A stretch of 64,000 nt of DNA from Minisyncoccia bacterium (GTDB lineage: Bacteria > Patescibacteriota > Minisyncoccia > Phycocordibacterales > UBA2100): positions 9,162-73,161 of the forward strand of contig JBAQUX010000024.1 in assembly GCA_049297775.1 (NCBI GenBank), given 5' to 3'. The position numbers were made by a program, and so were the translations under genes. The notes under the pieces were generated by a model. That model saw only the letters and a program-made list of their open reading frames with translations. It ran no database searches and was not told the DNA's origin. Below, one piece after another: positions 55,784 through 64,000 of the stretch. Position 1 is the stretch's first letter; each line of letters opens with the position of its first letter.

Positions 55784-57535
55784 CTAGCTTTCTTCGTACG
55801 AGATTACCTTGTACTCAGGTGCAAGAGATGGCATGCCTGGTGGAGGTGTAGTTGTCAGATTACCATCGTAGTAAATTGATTGTGTCTGAAAGCCAGTACC
55901 GTCAGTTTTCTTCAGAGAGAAACCATCCTTTGCAGCTATCATACCCCATGTAGTTATTGCGGTTCGTGAGTGGTATGGAGAACATCGGTTATTACCTCCT
56001 TCCGGTGCGCGGTATCCTAAGCGTGTTACTGACCCTTCCTTTGCAATCAATGCGCCATCAATGCGAAGTGTTGATGGGGCTGTCATTGCGACAAGTACGT
56101 TATCTTGAGCAATCAAGGCCAGAGCATCTGTGCCTGTGTACGTGGTGTAGTTAAGGTTGTTTCCAATGATTATGTTCTTGTAGTTTGACTCACTTACACC
56201 AACTTCGGCTGCGACAATGGTAAGTCGGGCAGAGTTTATCGTGCCATCTACCCATGTGTTATCCTCAAAATAGAGTGTGTTATTTGTTGGGAACGGATAG
56301 TTACCAAGAAGTGTCTGTGTACCTACGCTCCATGTGCCCCAGAGTGAGCCGTCACCCGAGCATCCGCTCGGTGCGTTTGTGAGTGAGGTTACTTTGTAGA
56401 GATCAAAGGTGTCGTTATTCTTTAAGACTACGTGGTAGCCATCATCGCCAGAACTCGCTCTGTAAAATCCAGATGCTTGCGCGTCACTCTTTAATGTTGA
56501 AAGAGATTGTGTCAAAGAGTCGAGGTCAACACTTGCAACAGGGAATTGTCGTCCAGCAAGAAATACATCCGCGCGCGTGGTGAGTGCCGCTGGAGGGAGA
56601 GAGTCGGTTGAAGTCTTGTGTGTGTGTACAGCGTACTCATAGCCGTTACCGCTTTCGTGGTCGTCATCTTCACCGTCACCATCGTCATCGTTGTCGTCAC
56701 CGCCATCATGGTGGTCTTCATTTTCATTGTCATTGTCATAGCCATCACCGTCATCATCATGATCATCATTGTCGTTATCGCATGATCCTGTGTGATCACC
56801 GTGACCGAGGTGTGCCGCAACTGCACCATTTCCTACGTGAATAGTGTTTCTGTTACCAGGATTTCCAGGTGGAATGTGACAAATTGTATTTCCTCCCTCG
56901 TCATCTCCATCTTCATCTTCATCATCCTCATCGTCTTCGTCTTGATCATCATCCTCATCATCATCATAGCTACCATGAGTGCCGTCTCTGTATGTTGATT
57001 GTGCGCTTGTGACTACGTTATGTGCAAGTCCGTCAAAACGGATACCACCATTACTGTGCACTGCACCAAAAATCTCAGTCCCTGTAGGGAAAAAGAGTGA
57101 TGATTGCGAAAGAACGGCATAATGAGCCACAGATTCGCGTGACAACTGTATCGTAATGGTCTTTTTTGCTGTTGGGTCAGTTGCTGAAACGCCCTCAGAT
57201 TTCACAGTCACGATATCACTACCAGTTACAGGAGGGGTGATAGTAAGTGTGTAGGTACCAATAGTATTCCCATCTTTATCTTTGTACGGGATGACGTATG
57301 GTCCAGGATTCCCCGTACCATTCGTATAGTCAGTCGGTGCATGTGCAAGATGCCATTTGTAGTATTCAATACCTGCATCTGAAATACGCGCTGCCTCCTC
57401 TTGGTAGAGTGTATGGTTTACCACGCGTAGGTAGCGAGAGCCCCAAGTTGCGAAACCGCCAAGTGCAAGGGCGATGATGCTACCGAAAACTAATGTATAA
57501 ATAAGAATGTATCCACGATGAGTATGATGTGACAT
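55784..57535 (-). CDS. pilus-associated membrane-anchored protein with an Asp/Glu/His-rich low-complexity insert
   Basis: 583 aa; N-terminal TM; about 130 aa of DDDEDDDQDEDDEDDED...DHDDDGDGYDND...HHDGGDDNDDDGDGEDDDHE; last gene of a three-gene operon headed by prepilin-type proteins. Confidence 0.65.
   Translation of the reverse strand: MSHHTHRGYILIYTLVFGSIIALALGGFATWGSRYLRVVNHTLYQEEAARISDAGIEYYKWHLAHAPTDYTNGTGNPGPYVIPYKDKDGNTIGTYTLTITPPVTGSDIVTVKSEGVSATDPTAKKTITIQLSRESVAHYAVLSQSSLFFPTGTEIFGAVHSNGGIRFDGLAHNVVTSAQSTYRDGTHGSYDDDEDDDQDEDDEDDEDEDGDDEGGNTICHIPPGNPGNRNTIHVGNGAVAAHLGHGDHTGSCDNDNDDHDDDGDGYDNDNENEDHHDGGDDNDDDGDGEDDDHESGNGYEYAVHTHKTSTDSLPPAALTTRADVFLAGRQFPVASVDLDSLTQSLSTLKSDAQASGFYRASSGDDGYHVVLKNNDTFDLYKVTSLTNAPSGCSGDGSLWGTWSVGTQTLLGNYPFPTNNTLYFEDNTWVDGTINSARLTIVAAEVGVSESNYKNIIIGNNLNYTTYTGTDALALIAQDNVLVAMTAPSTLRIDGALIAKEGSVTRLGYRAPEGGNNRCSPYHSRTAITTWGMIAAKDGFSLKKTDGTGFQTQSIYYDGNLTTTPPPGMPSLAPEYKVISYEES
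56590..56990. repeat. low-complexity coding DNA (GAT/GAC/CAT-rich) encoding the Asp/His tract
   Basis: Read directly in sequence and translation. Confidence 0.6.
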
Positions 57536-57539
57536 GTTA

Positions 57540-58178
57540 TTAATTATCTTTTAAATTGCGCAGTGACACTTGTGTCACCACCGATGTAGGTGTTGGTGAC
57601 GATGAAGCGTATGGGTCAATTATAATATTGATTTTGACTAATCGAACATCAGGAATGACGATAGGTGTGGAGAGTGCTGCTTCTGTGCCAGTGTAATTTC
57701 TATCGTAGTATGAGAATATTGGCGTCAGACCATTTGCAATATTATGAATAACCTCGGTTACTACTTCGGTTCCTGTGTCATACGTGAGGGGGCTTCCTGC
57801 AGCTTGTGTAATTCCTTTTTTTAGAATTGTCCCATCAAGAAAATAACGCACTCGTTCTCGCTGTGTGTCAGAGTCAATGTTACTATAGAATGTAAAGGTA
57901 AAATTTCCAGCAGTCTCAATAGGGTATGTGCCGGTACTTGAATCACTTGCGTCGCGTATTTCTCCTGCCATCGGTTTTAACACTTTTCGTGCTTCATTTT
58001 GTGCCTGGATACTTGCGCTCAGAATACGATTCATACTCGACACCCCTTTCATGAATGTGTAAATCCCAGCCATAATCATTGCTGAAACAGCAGCGCTCAC
58101 GAGCACCTCTATTACTGTAAAACCGCTCTCGTTAGTTTTTTTTCTAGTGTACATTTTTCTAGTGTACCATTTGCGCAA
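57540..58178 (-). CDS. type IV pilin/pseudopilin (prepilin-type N-terminal cleavage and methylation domain)
   Basis: Leader MRKWYTRKMYTRKKTNESG then FTVIEVLVSAAV with Glu at +5. Confidence 0.75.
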   Translation of the reverse strand: MRKWYTRKMYTRKKTNESGFTVIEVLVSAAVSAMIMAGIYTFMKGVSSMNRILSASIQAQNEARKVLKPMAGEIRDASDSSTGTYPIETAGNFTFTFYSNIDSDTQRERVRYFLDGTILKKGITQAAGSPLTYDTGTEVVTEVIHNIANGLTPIFSYYDRNYTGTEAALSTPIVIPDVRLVKINIIIDPYASSSPTPTSVVTQVSLRNLKDN

Positions 58179-58199
58179 GACTGAGTTGTATACAGTGCG

Positions 58200-59993
58200 T
58201 TAGTTCGGAACTAAGGTTACTGTTTGCGTTTTTTCGTTTACTGACATAGCGACAGTAATAGTTTGAGATGCATAGCCTGTTTTTGAAACTGTGAGTGTAT
58301 GGTTTCCGCTGCCACGGCCGGTAAACAGTACTTGCCCTGGAGGGATGCACGACGAAGTATACGTGAAGGAGATATCAGAAATAGTTGGTGTGTACGCAGA
58401 GTTACTTGTTTGTAACAATACTTTATAACGTAAGTACTGGTCACCATCATGGACACTTGCAATACTTGTCCCAGGAGTTGTGTAGTATGTGCCTGAAGTA
58501 CCGTCAGGACCCTTAAAATCCCATGTTGCATTGTCGTTATTCGTTGCGATTTGAAAACGGACAGGGTTTGTTCCCGTTTGAGCCGGTTGTGTTGAGGGAG
58601 ACCATGAGAGCGTCTGGTAATCATTTGCAGAGCCGGTGTCAAAGGTAGAAGACGTTAAATCTCCAGAGGCAACATAGCTCCCTGAGACGCTTAGTAATTT
58701 TAAATCACCGGCAGGGTTGTTAATAGCAATATTATTGTCCTGAGAAAAATATTTTGTGATGTCAGTAAACGTCGCTTGTCCCGAGCCTCCTGACCAGCTT
58801 GTCTGGTTCGTTGTGCCGAGGCCAGTCGTCTTTGTTACATCATACCCTCCTTTTCTAAGCCTCACTGATGCATCAGAAAGAGGGAGGCCTGTAGTACCTG
58901 AAACGACGGTTACTAATAAGTTTCTATCTACGCGAGGAGCAAGTATGACACGAAGATCGGTACTTGTATTAGGGCTTACGAGAGTTCCCATAAGTGGGAT
59001 AGTGCCTGCTATGGTGTAACTGGTGTCCGCAAGTGTCGCAGTGTACGTGTCCCATTCTATGGGCGTCAGAGTATTGAGGCCACTTCCTCCAGAGTTTAAA
59101 TTTTGGTTGTATTTGTATACGGTTGGCGTGGTGCCAATAATTTTTGCGCCCTTGAGGTTGTACGCAATGGAAGGAATCGCAATACACGCAGAGTCACTGG
59201 TGCGTACATTAAGCGTACTCGTGCGATCAATTGCGAAACTTACCTGCGTTGTGTTTGACGAGGTAATCGTTGAGTGCGGTTTTACTGGGTTCGGGTTACC
59301 GGCTGCGCCCACGGTAAGTGTTTGGTCAGTCGAGTAGCCACTTTTCGTGACAGATACTTGGTAGAGCTGTGTCGCAGGGGGAAGGCCAAGAATTCTGAGT
59401 TCACCCAGTGAATCTGTCGTGTCGTCTACAGTTATAGTTGGGCCTGTTGCAGCATTTTGCATATGCACATTCGCACCTGCCAATGCAGTGCCTGTAGCGT
59501 CAAATGCACGAATGAGGAGTAAGCCGTTTGTGGTCGCGGTTTCAATTTCAGGAGGGGCGATACGAGCGGTGCTCGAGATTAAGTAGGGGTTGCTGCACGA
59601 TGTGCACGTAACTTGGACCTCAACAAGCTTATAATCAATTGGTGCGAGGTCATCAGGAGCGCCATCAATGACACCATCAAAAGGATCGTCAATATTTCGC
59701 ACGATTGTATTAATTGTGTAAGTTGAGCCACCGCGAGAGATACTTTCTGTACCAAGAATAAGACCTGCGGGTACACCGCTTACAATCCCAACACTGTCAT
59801 ACGGTAAATTATTTATAATTTCAATTTTTTCGTTAGCGAGTGCAGATTGAGTCAATCGTGAGCGTGATACGGCTATCGCCTTCATCATAACGGTGTACCC
59901 ACTAAAGAGTGTCATGAACATGCCAAGTAATGCCATGGCAATAAGGGACTCTACCAGAGAAAAGCCGTTTTCGCGGTGCGTACTATTTTTCAC
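58200..59993 (-). CDS. large prepilin-type protein (minor pilin or tip-adhesin-like)
   Basis: 597 aa; MKNSTHRENG then FSLVESLIAMALL with Glu at +5; long Thr/Ser-rich beta-type C-domain. Confidence 0.7.
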   Translation of the reverse strand: MKNSTHRENGFSLVESLIAMALLGMFMTLFSGYTVMMKAIAVSRSRLTQSALANEKIEIINNLPYDSVGIVSGVPAGLILGTESISRGGSTYTINTIVRNIDDPFDGVIDGAPDDLAPIDYKLVEVQVTCTSCSNPYLISSTARIAPPEIETATTNGLLLIRAFDATGTALAGANVHMQNAATGPTITVDDTTDSLGELRILGLPPATQLYQVSVTKSGYSTDQTLTVGAAGNPNPVKPHSTITSSNTTQVSFAIDRTSTLNVRTSDSACIAIPSIAYNLKGAKIIGTTPTVYKYNQNLNSGGSGLNTLTPIEWDTYTATLADTSYTIAGTIPLMGTLVSPNTSTDLRVILAPRVDRNLLVTVVSGTTGLPLSDASVRLRKGGYDVTKTTGLGTTNQTSWSGGSGQATFTDITKYFSQDNNIAINNPAGDLKLLSVSGSYVASGDLTSSTFDTGSANDYQTLSWSPSTQPAQTGTNPVRFQIATNNDNATWDFKGPDGTSGTYYTTPGTSIASVHDGDQYLRYKVLLQTSNSAYTPTISDISFTYTSSCIPPGQVLFTGRGSGNHTLTVSKTGYASQTITVAMSVNEKTQTVTLVPN

Positions 59994-60058
59994 ATCTCTA
60001 GTGTACTTCTTTTTTCGATACCAAAAGCACGCTGGTATGCATACTTGTGTACAACCAG

Positions 60059-60826
60059 TTAATTTTTGTGCTTTGTTAAATAGTAGACAATAAACCTTCG
60101 CTTGTTTGGTTTGCCGTGTGAAAAGTGCTTGTGTGACTTTTGTTTGTATTCAATATCAAAATGCTCACCGTAAAACGCATTAAGTTCCACTTCTGTACCT
60201 GCATGTTCGAGATACCCGATGCGTGGATGGAGGTAACTGCCTTCTTCGCCTGCAGGAAAATCACGAATCATGCGCTCTGCGTTTACATCACCGTCACGAA
60301 GGAATGTTTTGACAAAAAACCATCCACCAGGCTTTAAAACTCTGAGCACTTCGTTCAGAAACTTCACTCTCTCGCTTGCATTCAATATGTGACTCGACAT
60401 CATATCAAGTACGATATCTTGGCTCTCGTCAGTGACCGGCAGTGGATTTTTTAAATCACCAACAGAGAGATTGAGGCGTAGCCGTTTTCCAGCTGCAAGT
60501 TTCATGCCCTGCGCGATAGCTTCCTTGGAGATATCAAACCCGGTTACATGTGCAGTAAAGTGTTCAGCTAGAAAGATACCATTTCGTGCATTACCGCAGG
60601 CGACATCAAGGACATTCCAGTGCCTTGGAAATCCGTTATGATTTCGCTCTATAAAGCGTACAAATTTCTCTAAATCCTCACTTGCCTCAGTAGAAAGAGC
60701 AAAGTGCTCCTTTGTTTGGTATTCATCATTCCAAAACTCAGCCGGGGTCTTTTTCTTAGCCGCTTTGCCTTGTCGAACAAAGTTTTTCTTTTTGCTTATT
60801 TTTGCGCGTGGGCGTACAGACTTCAT
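60059..60826 (-). CDS. class I SAM-dependent methyltransferase
   Basis: 255 aa; VLDVACGNARNGIFLA motif I; Lys-rich N-terminal extension. Confidence 0.7.
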   Translation of the reverse strand: MKSVRPRAKISKKKNFVRQGKAAKKKTPAEFWNDEYQTKEHFALSTEASEDLEKFVRFIERNHNGFPRHWNVLDVACGNARNGIFLAEHFTAHVTGFDISKEAIAQGMKLAAGKRLRLNLSVGDLKNPLPVTDESQDIVLDMMSSHILNASERVKFLNEVLRVLKPGGWFFVKTFLRDGDVNAERMIRDFPAGEEGSYLHPRIGYLEHAGTEVELNAFYGEHFDIEYKQKSHKHFSHGKPNKRRFIVYYLTKHKN

Positions 60827-60926
60827 CTTCGGTACTCTATACTGTATATGCGTATAAGTCTATTATATTCTCCGTTGAGGGTACATTTTGTAGAATCTGT
60901 ATATAAATTGATGCTACACTATTTAT

Positions 60927-61697
60927 ATGATAAAAAAACGACAAGTACTTATTGTGGGCAACTGGAAAATGTTTCCAAAAACAATAGATGAGGCACGCAG
61001 TATTATCCGCATGATGGAGCGTGTACTTAAGAATACAAAAAAAATTGCCATGGTTGTGTGTCCACCTGCATTATTTGTTGCAGATATCGCACGGCATGCG
61101 CATAAGAAGAAATCGGTATCAATCGGTGTACAGAATATTCATCAGGAGGTAGAAGGAGCACACACTGGAGACATTTCTGCGCGTCAGTCGATGTCAGTCG
61201 GAGCAAAGTACGTCATTATTGGTCATGCAGAGCGGCGCGCCATAGGAGAGACCGATATTGCCGTACAGCAAAAAACATTTCTTGCGGTAACTACAGGTCT
61301 GACGCCAATAGTATGTGTTGGTGAAAAGGAGCGAGATGCTCAGGGTGCGTATCTTGATTTTGTAAACTCTCAAATTACTTCAGCAATGGCGCTCGTGCCA
61401 CAGCATATGCGCTCGCGCATCATTTTCGCCTACGAGCCACTCTACGCAATTGGTGCACCCAAGCCACCAGCAGAGCACGACATTCATCAAATGATTTTAA
61501 GTATTAGAAAAATGTTGCACGCAGCACATGGACCCTCAATTGGAAGGACTGTGCGTGTACTGTATGGGGGCGCAGTTGACACCAGTAACGCGCAAAAACT
61601 CTTTGAAGCTATTCCTGAACTGTCCGGGTTCCTTATTGGTAGAGCAAGTGTAGACCCAGAAAAATGTGAACCACTACTTCGCTCATTTCTTGCATAG
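60927..61697 (+). CDS. tpiA: triose-phosphate isomerase
   Basis: 256 aa; GNWKM start motif, AYEPLYAIG-type active-site region. Confidence 0.9.
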   Translation: MIKKRQVLIVGNWKMFPKTIDEARSIIRMMERVLKNTKKIAMVVCPPALFVADIARHAHKKKSVSIGVQNIHQEVEGAHTGDISARQSMSVGAKYVIIGHAERRAIGETDIAVQQKTFLAVTTGLTPIVCVGEKERDAQGAYLDFVNSQITSAMALVPQHMRSRIIFAYEPLYAIGAPKPPAEHDIHQMILSIRKMLHAAHGPSIGRTVRVLYGGAVDTSNAQKLFEAIPELSGFLIGRASVDPEKCEPLLRSFLA

Positions 61698-61754
61698 AAA
61701 ATTGGTGTGAACATATACGTAGGTCAATACTGAGTCTCTTGGTACGATGTTGTA

Positions 61755-62891
61755 ATGAAACTACTTACAGAAATTGCGCCGGCAACTTTAGAAGGGGTAA
61801 CAGTTATTGTACGAAGCGGACTTAACATTCCTCTTGATGGTGAAGGCCACATTACTGATGACTTGCGTTTGCGTCGTGCACTGCCAACATTGATGTATTT
61901 GCAGAACGTTGGTGCGCGAGTGGTGGTAGTTGCGCATATTGGCAGAAAGCCGGACGAGACACTTCGGCCTATATTTGAGCGACTTGCAACAGTAATCCAG
62001 AAGTGTACGTTTTCGAATATGCGTATCGGGTCCCAGGAGCTTACGAAACTTGTTTCCGGAATGGGAAATGGAGAAGTATTAATGTTAGAAAATATACGTA
62101 GAGAAAGCCGTGAAACAGAGAATGATATGTCGCTTGCGCGTGATATCGCAGGGCTCGGACAACTGTTTGTGAGTGATGCATTCCCCGACTCTCATCGTGC
62201 ACAACCCTCTATAGTTGGTGTGCCACCGTTACTTCCTCACTGTGCTGGTCTTGCGCTTGCAGATGAGGTACACAATTTACGTAATGCGTTCACGCCGAAG
62301 CATCCATCAATTGCGTTTGTTGCTGGTTCAAAATTTGAAACGAAGGAGCCACTTATCCGGACATTACTGACAAAATACGACGAAGTGTTTGTGGGTGGCG
62401 CTCTCGCAAATGATATTTTAGTTGCACGCGGGCACGCAGTCGGTAAGTCTGTCGTCGGTGATTCAAAAATACCTGATGAAATTCGCGATAATCCGAAACT
62501 TATAATTCCACGAGATGTGATTGTGGAACGCGCATCAGGCGTCTCTATTGTTTCTGTAAGCGAGATTGGTGCAGATGATATCGTGGTTGATATTGGACCA
62601 GAAACAATTATTGAACTTACGCCAAAAATTCAGCAGGCACAATTCATTGTATGGAATGGTCCTATGGGTTGGTATGAAAAAGGCTATACCGATGGATCAC
62701 GGGCGCTTGGTGACGCCATTGCATTAAGTTCAGCAACTTCTGTGTTAGGTGGTGGTGACACAGTTGCATCTATTGAGCGTCCAGAATTTAGGCCTGAAGA
62801 ACAATTTGATTTCGTATCTGCCGGAGGTGGTGCAATGCTTGAATTCTTACTTGATGGCAATCTGCCTGGAATCGCGGTCCTTGAATCGTAA
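61755..62891 (+). CDS. pgk: phosphoglycerate kinase
   Basis: 378 aa; N-terminal R..LN.PLD substrate-binding basic patch and C-terminal GGGA motif. Confidence 0.9.
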   Translation: MKLLTEIAPATLEGVTVIVRSGLNIPLDGEGHITDDLRLRRALPTLMYLQNVGARVVVVAHIGRKPDETLRPIFERLATVIQKCTFSNMRIGSQELTKLVSGMGNGEVLMLENIRRESRETENDMSLARDIAGLGQLFVSDAFPDSHRAQPSIVGVPPLLPHCAGLALADEVHNLRNAFTPKHPSIAFVAGSKFETKEPLIRTLLTKYDEVFVGGALANDILVARGHAVGKSVVGDSKIPDEIRDNPKLIIPRDVIVERASGVSIVSVSEIGADDIVVDIGPETIIELTPKIQQAQFIVWNGPMGWYEKGYTDGSRALGDAIALSSATSVLGGGDTVASIERPEFRPEEQFDFVSAGGGAMLEFLLDGNLPGIAVLES

Positions 62892-62903
62892 CAGTACCTA
62901 CGT

Positions 62904-64000
62904 ATGCAGTTTATACACACATCTACACTTTCTCGTCTCACACTCGGCACTTTTCTTGGTGTCTGTGTTTCGCTATTGTGCTACTCGTACAGTAGTGCGG
63001 AGAGTACGTGCCCCAAGACAACTCGCACTCTTTCCTTGGGCATGAAGGGCGCCGATGTAACTAGTGTGCAACAATTCCTTGCAACTCAAGGAATAAGTGG
63101 TGACGCAGTACTGGGCACATATGGTCAAAAAACGAGAGATGCAGTTCGGTTCTTTCAAAATAGTATGTCTCTCCCAGATTCTGGGGTGGTGGATAGTGTT
63201 ACGTATAAGGCGATGCTCGACGCATGTGCAGAAGAGGAACAGACAGCATTTAAGGACGACCTAGCGGTTGCCCCAACTGCTGGGAAAGCCCCACATGCAA
63301 TAAAAGCTACGGCAACTATCACTGAATCTGCCGATACGACGTTTCTTCTTGATTTTGGCGACGGAACAAATCCGACAGTGCTTCCTTGCGCAGGAGCAAA
63401 TGCCTGTACGAAAGGTATTGATTACAAGTACGTTTTCAAAAAAAGTGGTAATTACCCTGTAGCTCTGTTCCGCTCATACTCATCCGGAAGCGCTGGAGTT
63501 GCAGGCGGCTCAGGAAGTTCAAAAACATTAGTAAAGCAAATTATGGTGCAGGTAGATGATGCAATTCCTATAGTCCCGCCTCGATTGTGCAAGGAGTGGT
63601 TCAATGGGTGCACCACATGTACTCGCGCAGACGCTGACGAAGATTTTGCGTGCCCAAAAAAAGCTTGTATCGGAGCGTTTAAAGCGAAAGAATGCAAGGT
63701 ACTTTTTGCGGTAAACCAACCACCAGAAATAACTGTGTATGGTCCTAACAACGTAGAAAGAAATGTACGAAGACTCTGGACTGTCGAAGGATATGATCCA
63801 GAGGGTACGAGGCTTTCATATGCGTTTGATTGGGGTGATTCCGTAAAGACTGTTGATCAGCTACTTTTTACCAATAAGGCCTCAGCTTCATATGCGTATA
63901 AAACAAAAGGAGTGTACACGCTCACCGTCTATGCGAAAGACGCAAAGGATGGCGTTGGCGCAACTTCTATGACGGTACGTGTGCGTGACTCGTTAAAGGA
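62904..64000 (+). CDS. secreted peptidoglycan-binding-domain and PKD-like repeat protein (partial, runs off the window end)
   Basis: Open frame from ATG 62904 to the window edge, not in the ORF track because no stop; signal peptide; PG_binding_1-like LSLGMKGADVTSVQQFLATQGISGDAVLGTYGQKTRDAVRFFQ; PKD-like YAFDWGDS. Confidence 0.65.
   Translation, partial: MQFIHTSTLSRLTLGTFLGVCVSLLCYSYSSAESTCPKTTRTLSLGMKGADVTSVQQFLATQGISGDAVLGTYGQKTRDAVRFFQNSMSLPDSGVVDSVTYKAMLDACAEEEQTAFKDDLAVAPTAGKAPHAIKATATITESADTTFLLDFGDGTNPTVLPCAGANACTKGIDYKYVFKKSGNYPVALFRSYSSGSAGVAGGSGSSKTLVKQIMVQVDDAIPIVPPRLCKEWFNGCTTCTRADADEDFACPKKACIGAFKAKECKVLFAVNQPPEITVYGPNNVERNVRRLWTVEGYDPEGTRLSYAFDWGDSVKTVDQLLFTNKASASYAYKTKGVYTLTVYAKDAKDGVGATSMTVRVRDSLK

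Noticed and set aside
1-64000. CRISPR arrays, rRNA genes, IS elements and transposases
   Set aside because: No regularly spaced direct repeats, no rRNA-like conserved stretches, and no DDE or serine-recombinase-like ORFs were seen.

Overview
This 64 kb window reads as a contiguous chromosomal segment of a small bacterial genome of moderate to low GC. Its genes are largely housekeeping with few recognisable Shine-Dalgarno sites, a content that resembles Patescibacteria/CPR; that placement is an inference, not a database result. It begins in the replication-origin neighbourhood: a partial dnaA N-terminus on the minus strand, a 175 bp spacer, then rpmH-rnpA-yidC-jag. Bases 1.9 to 14.4 kb hold an eleven-gene minus-strand cluster that looks like a type IV secretion or conjugation-like system. 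It contains a VirB4 ATPase whose N-terminal domain is a separate in-frame ORF, a VirB6-like polytopic protein, a VirB3/PrgI-like two-TM protein, a pilin-like small protein and several secreted proteins. No VirD4, VirB11 or relaxase is visible. Housekeeping genes follow: ksgA, uvrD, an HTH-fused murA, a LysM-M23 peptidase, comM, and rpsO-pnp with two extra genes inserted between them. An 844 aa repeat-rich secreted protein is followed by xerC, xth, cca and four tRNAs (Arg-TCG, Gly-GCC, Pro-TGG, Gly-TCC). Two tandem paralogous ~447 aa membrane-anchored proteins of unknown family sit at 35.7 to 38.4 kb. Downstream is a ridA-ilvA pair preceded by an Ile-rich leader peptide and terminator (a classical attenuator). 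The rest of the window carries an ECF sigma with a putative anti-sigma, hup, rny, clpP, tig (apparently without a PPIase domain), ppaC, nusA, gdh, a type IV pilus locus (pilB, pilC, two prepilin-type proteins and an Asp/His-rich pilus-associated protein), tpiA, pgk and a partial PG-binding/PKD protein at the 3' edge. Two small GC-rich segments (about 30.7 to 31.1 kb and 38.47 to 38.76 kb) each encode a small ORF with a strong SD and stand out from the local composition. No rRNA, CRISPR array or transposase was found.
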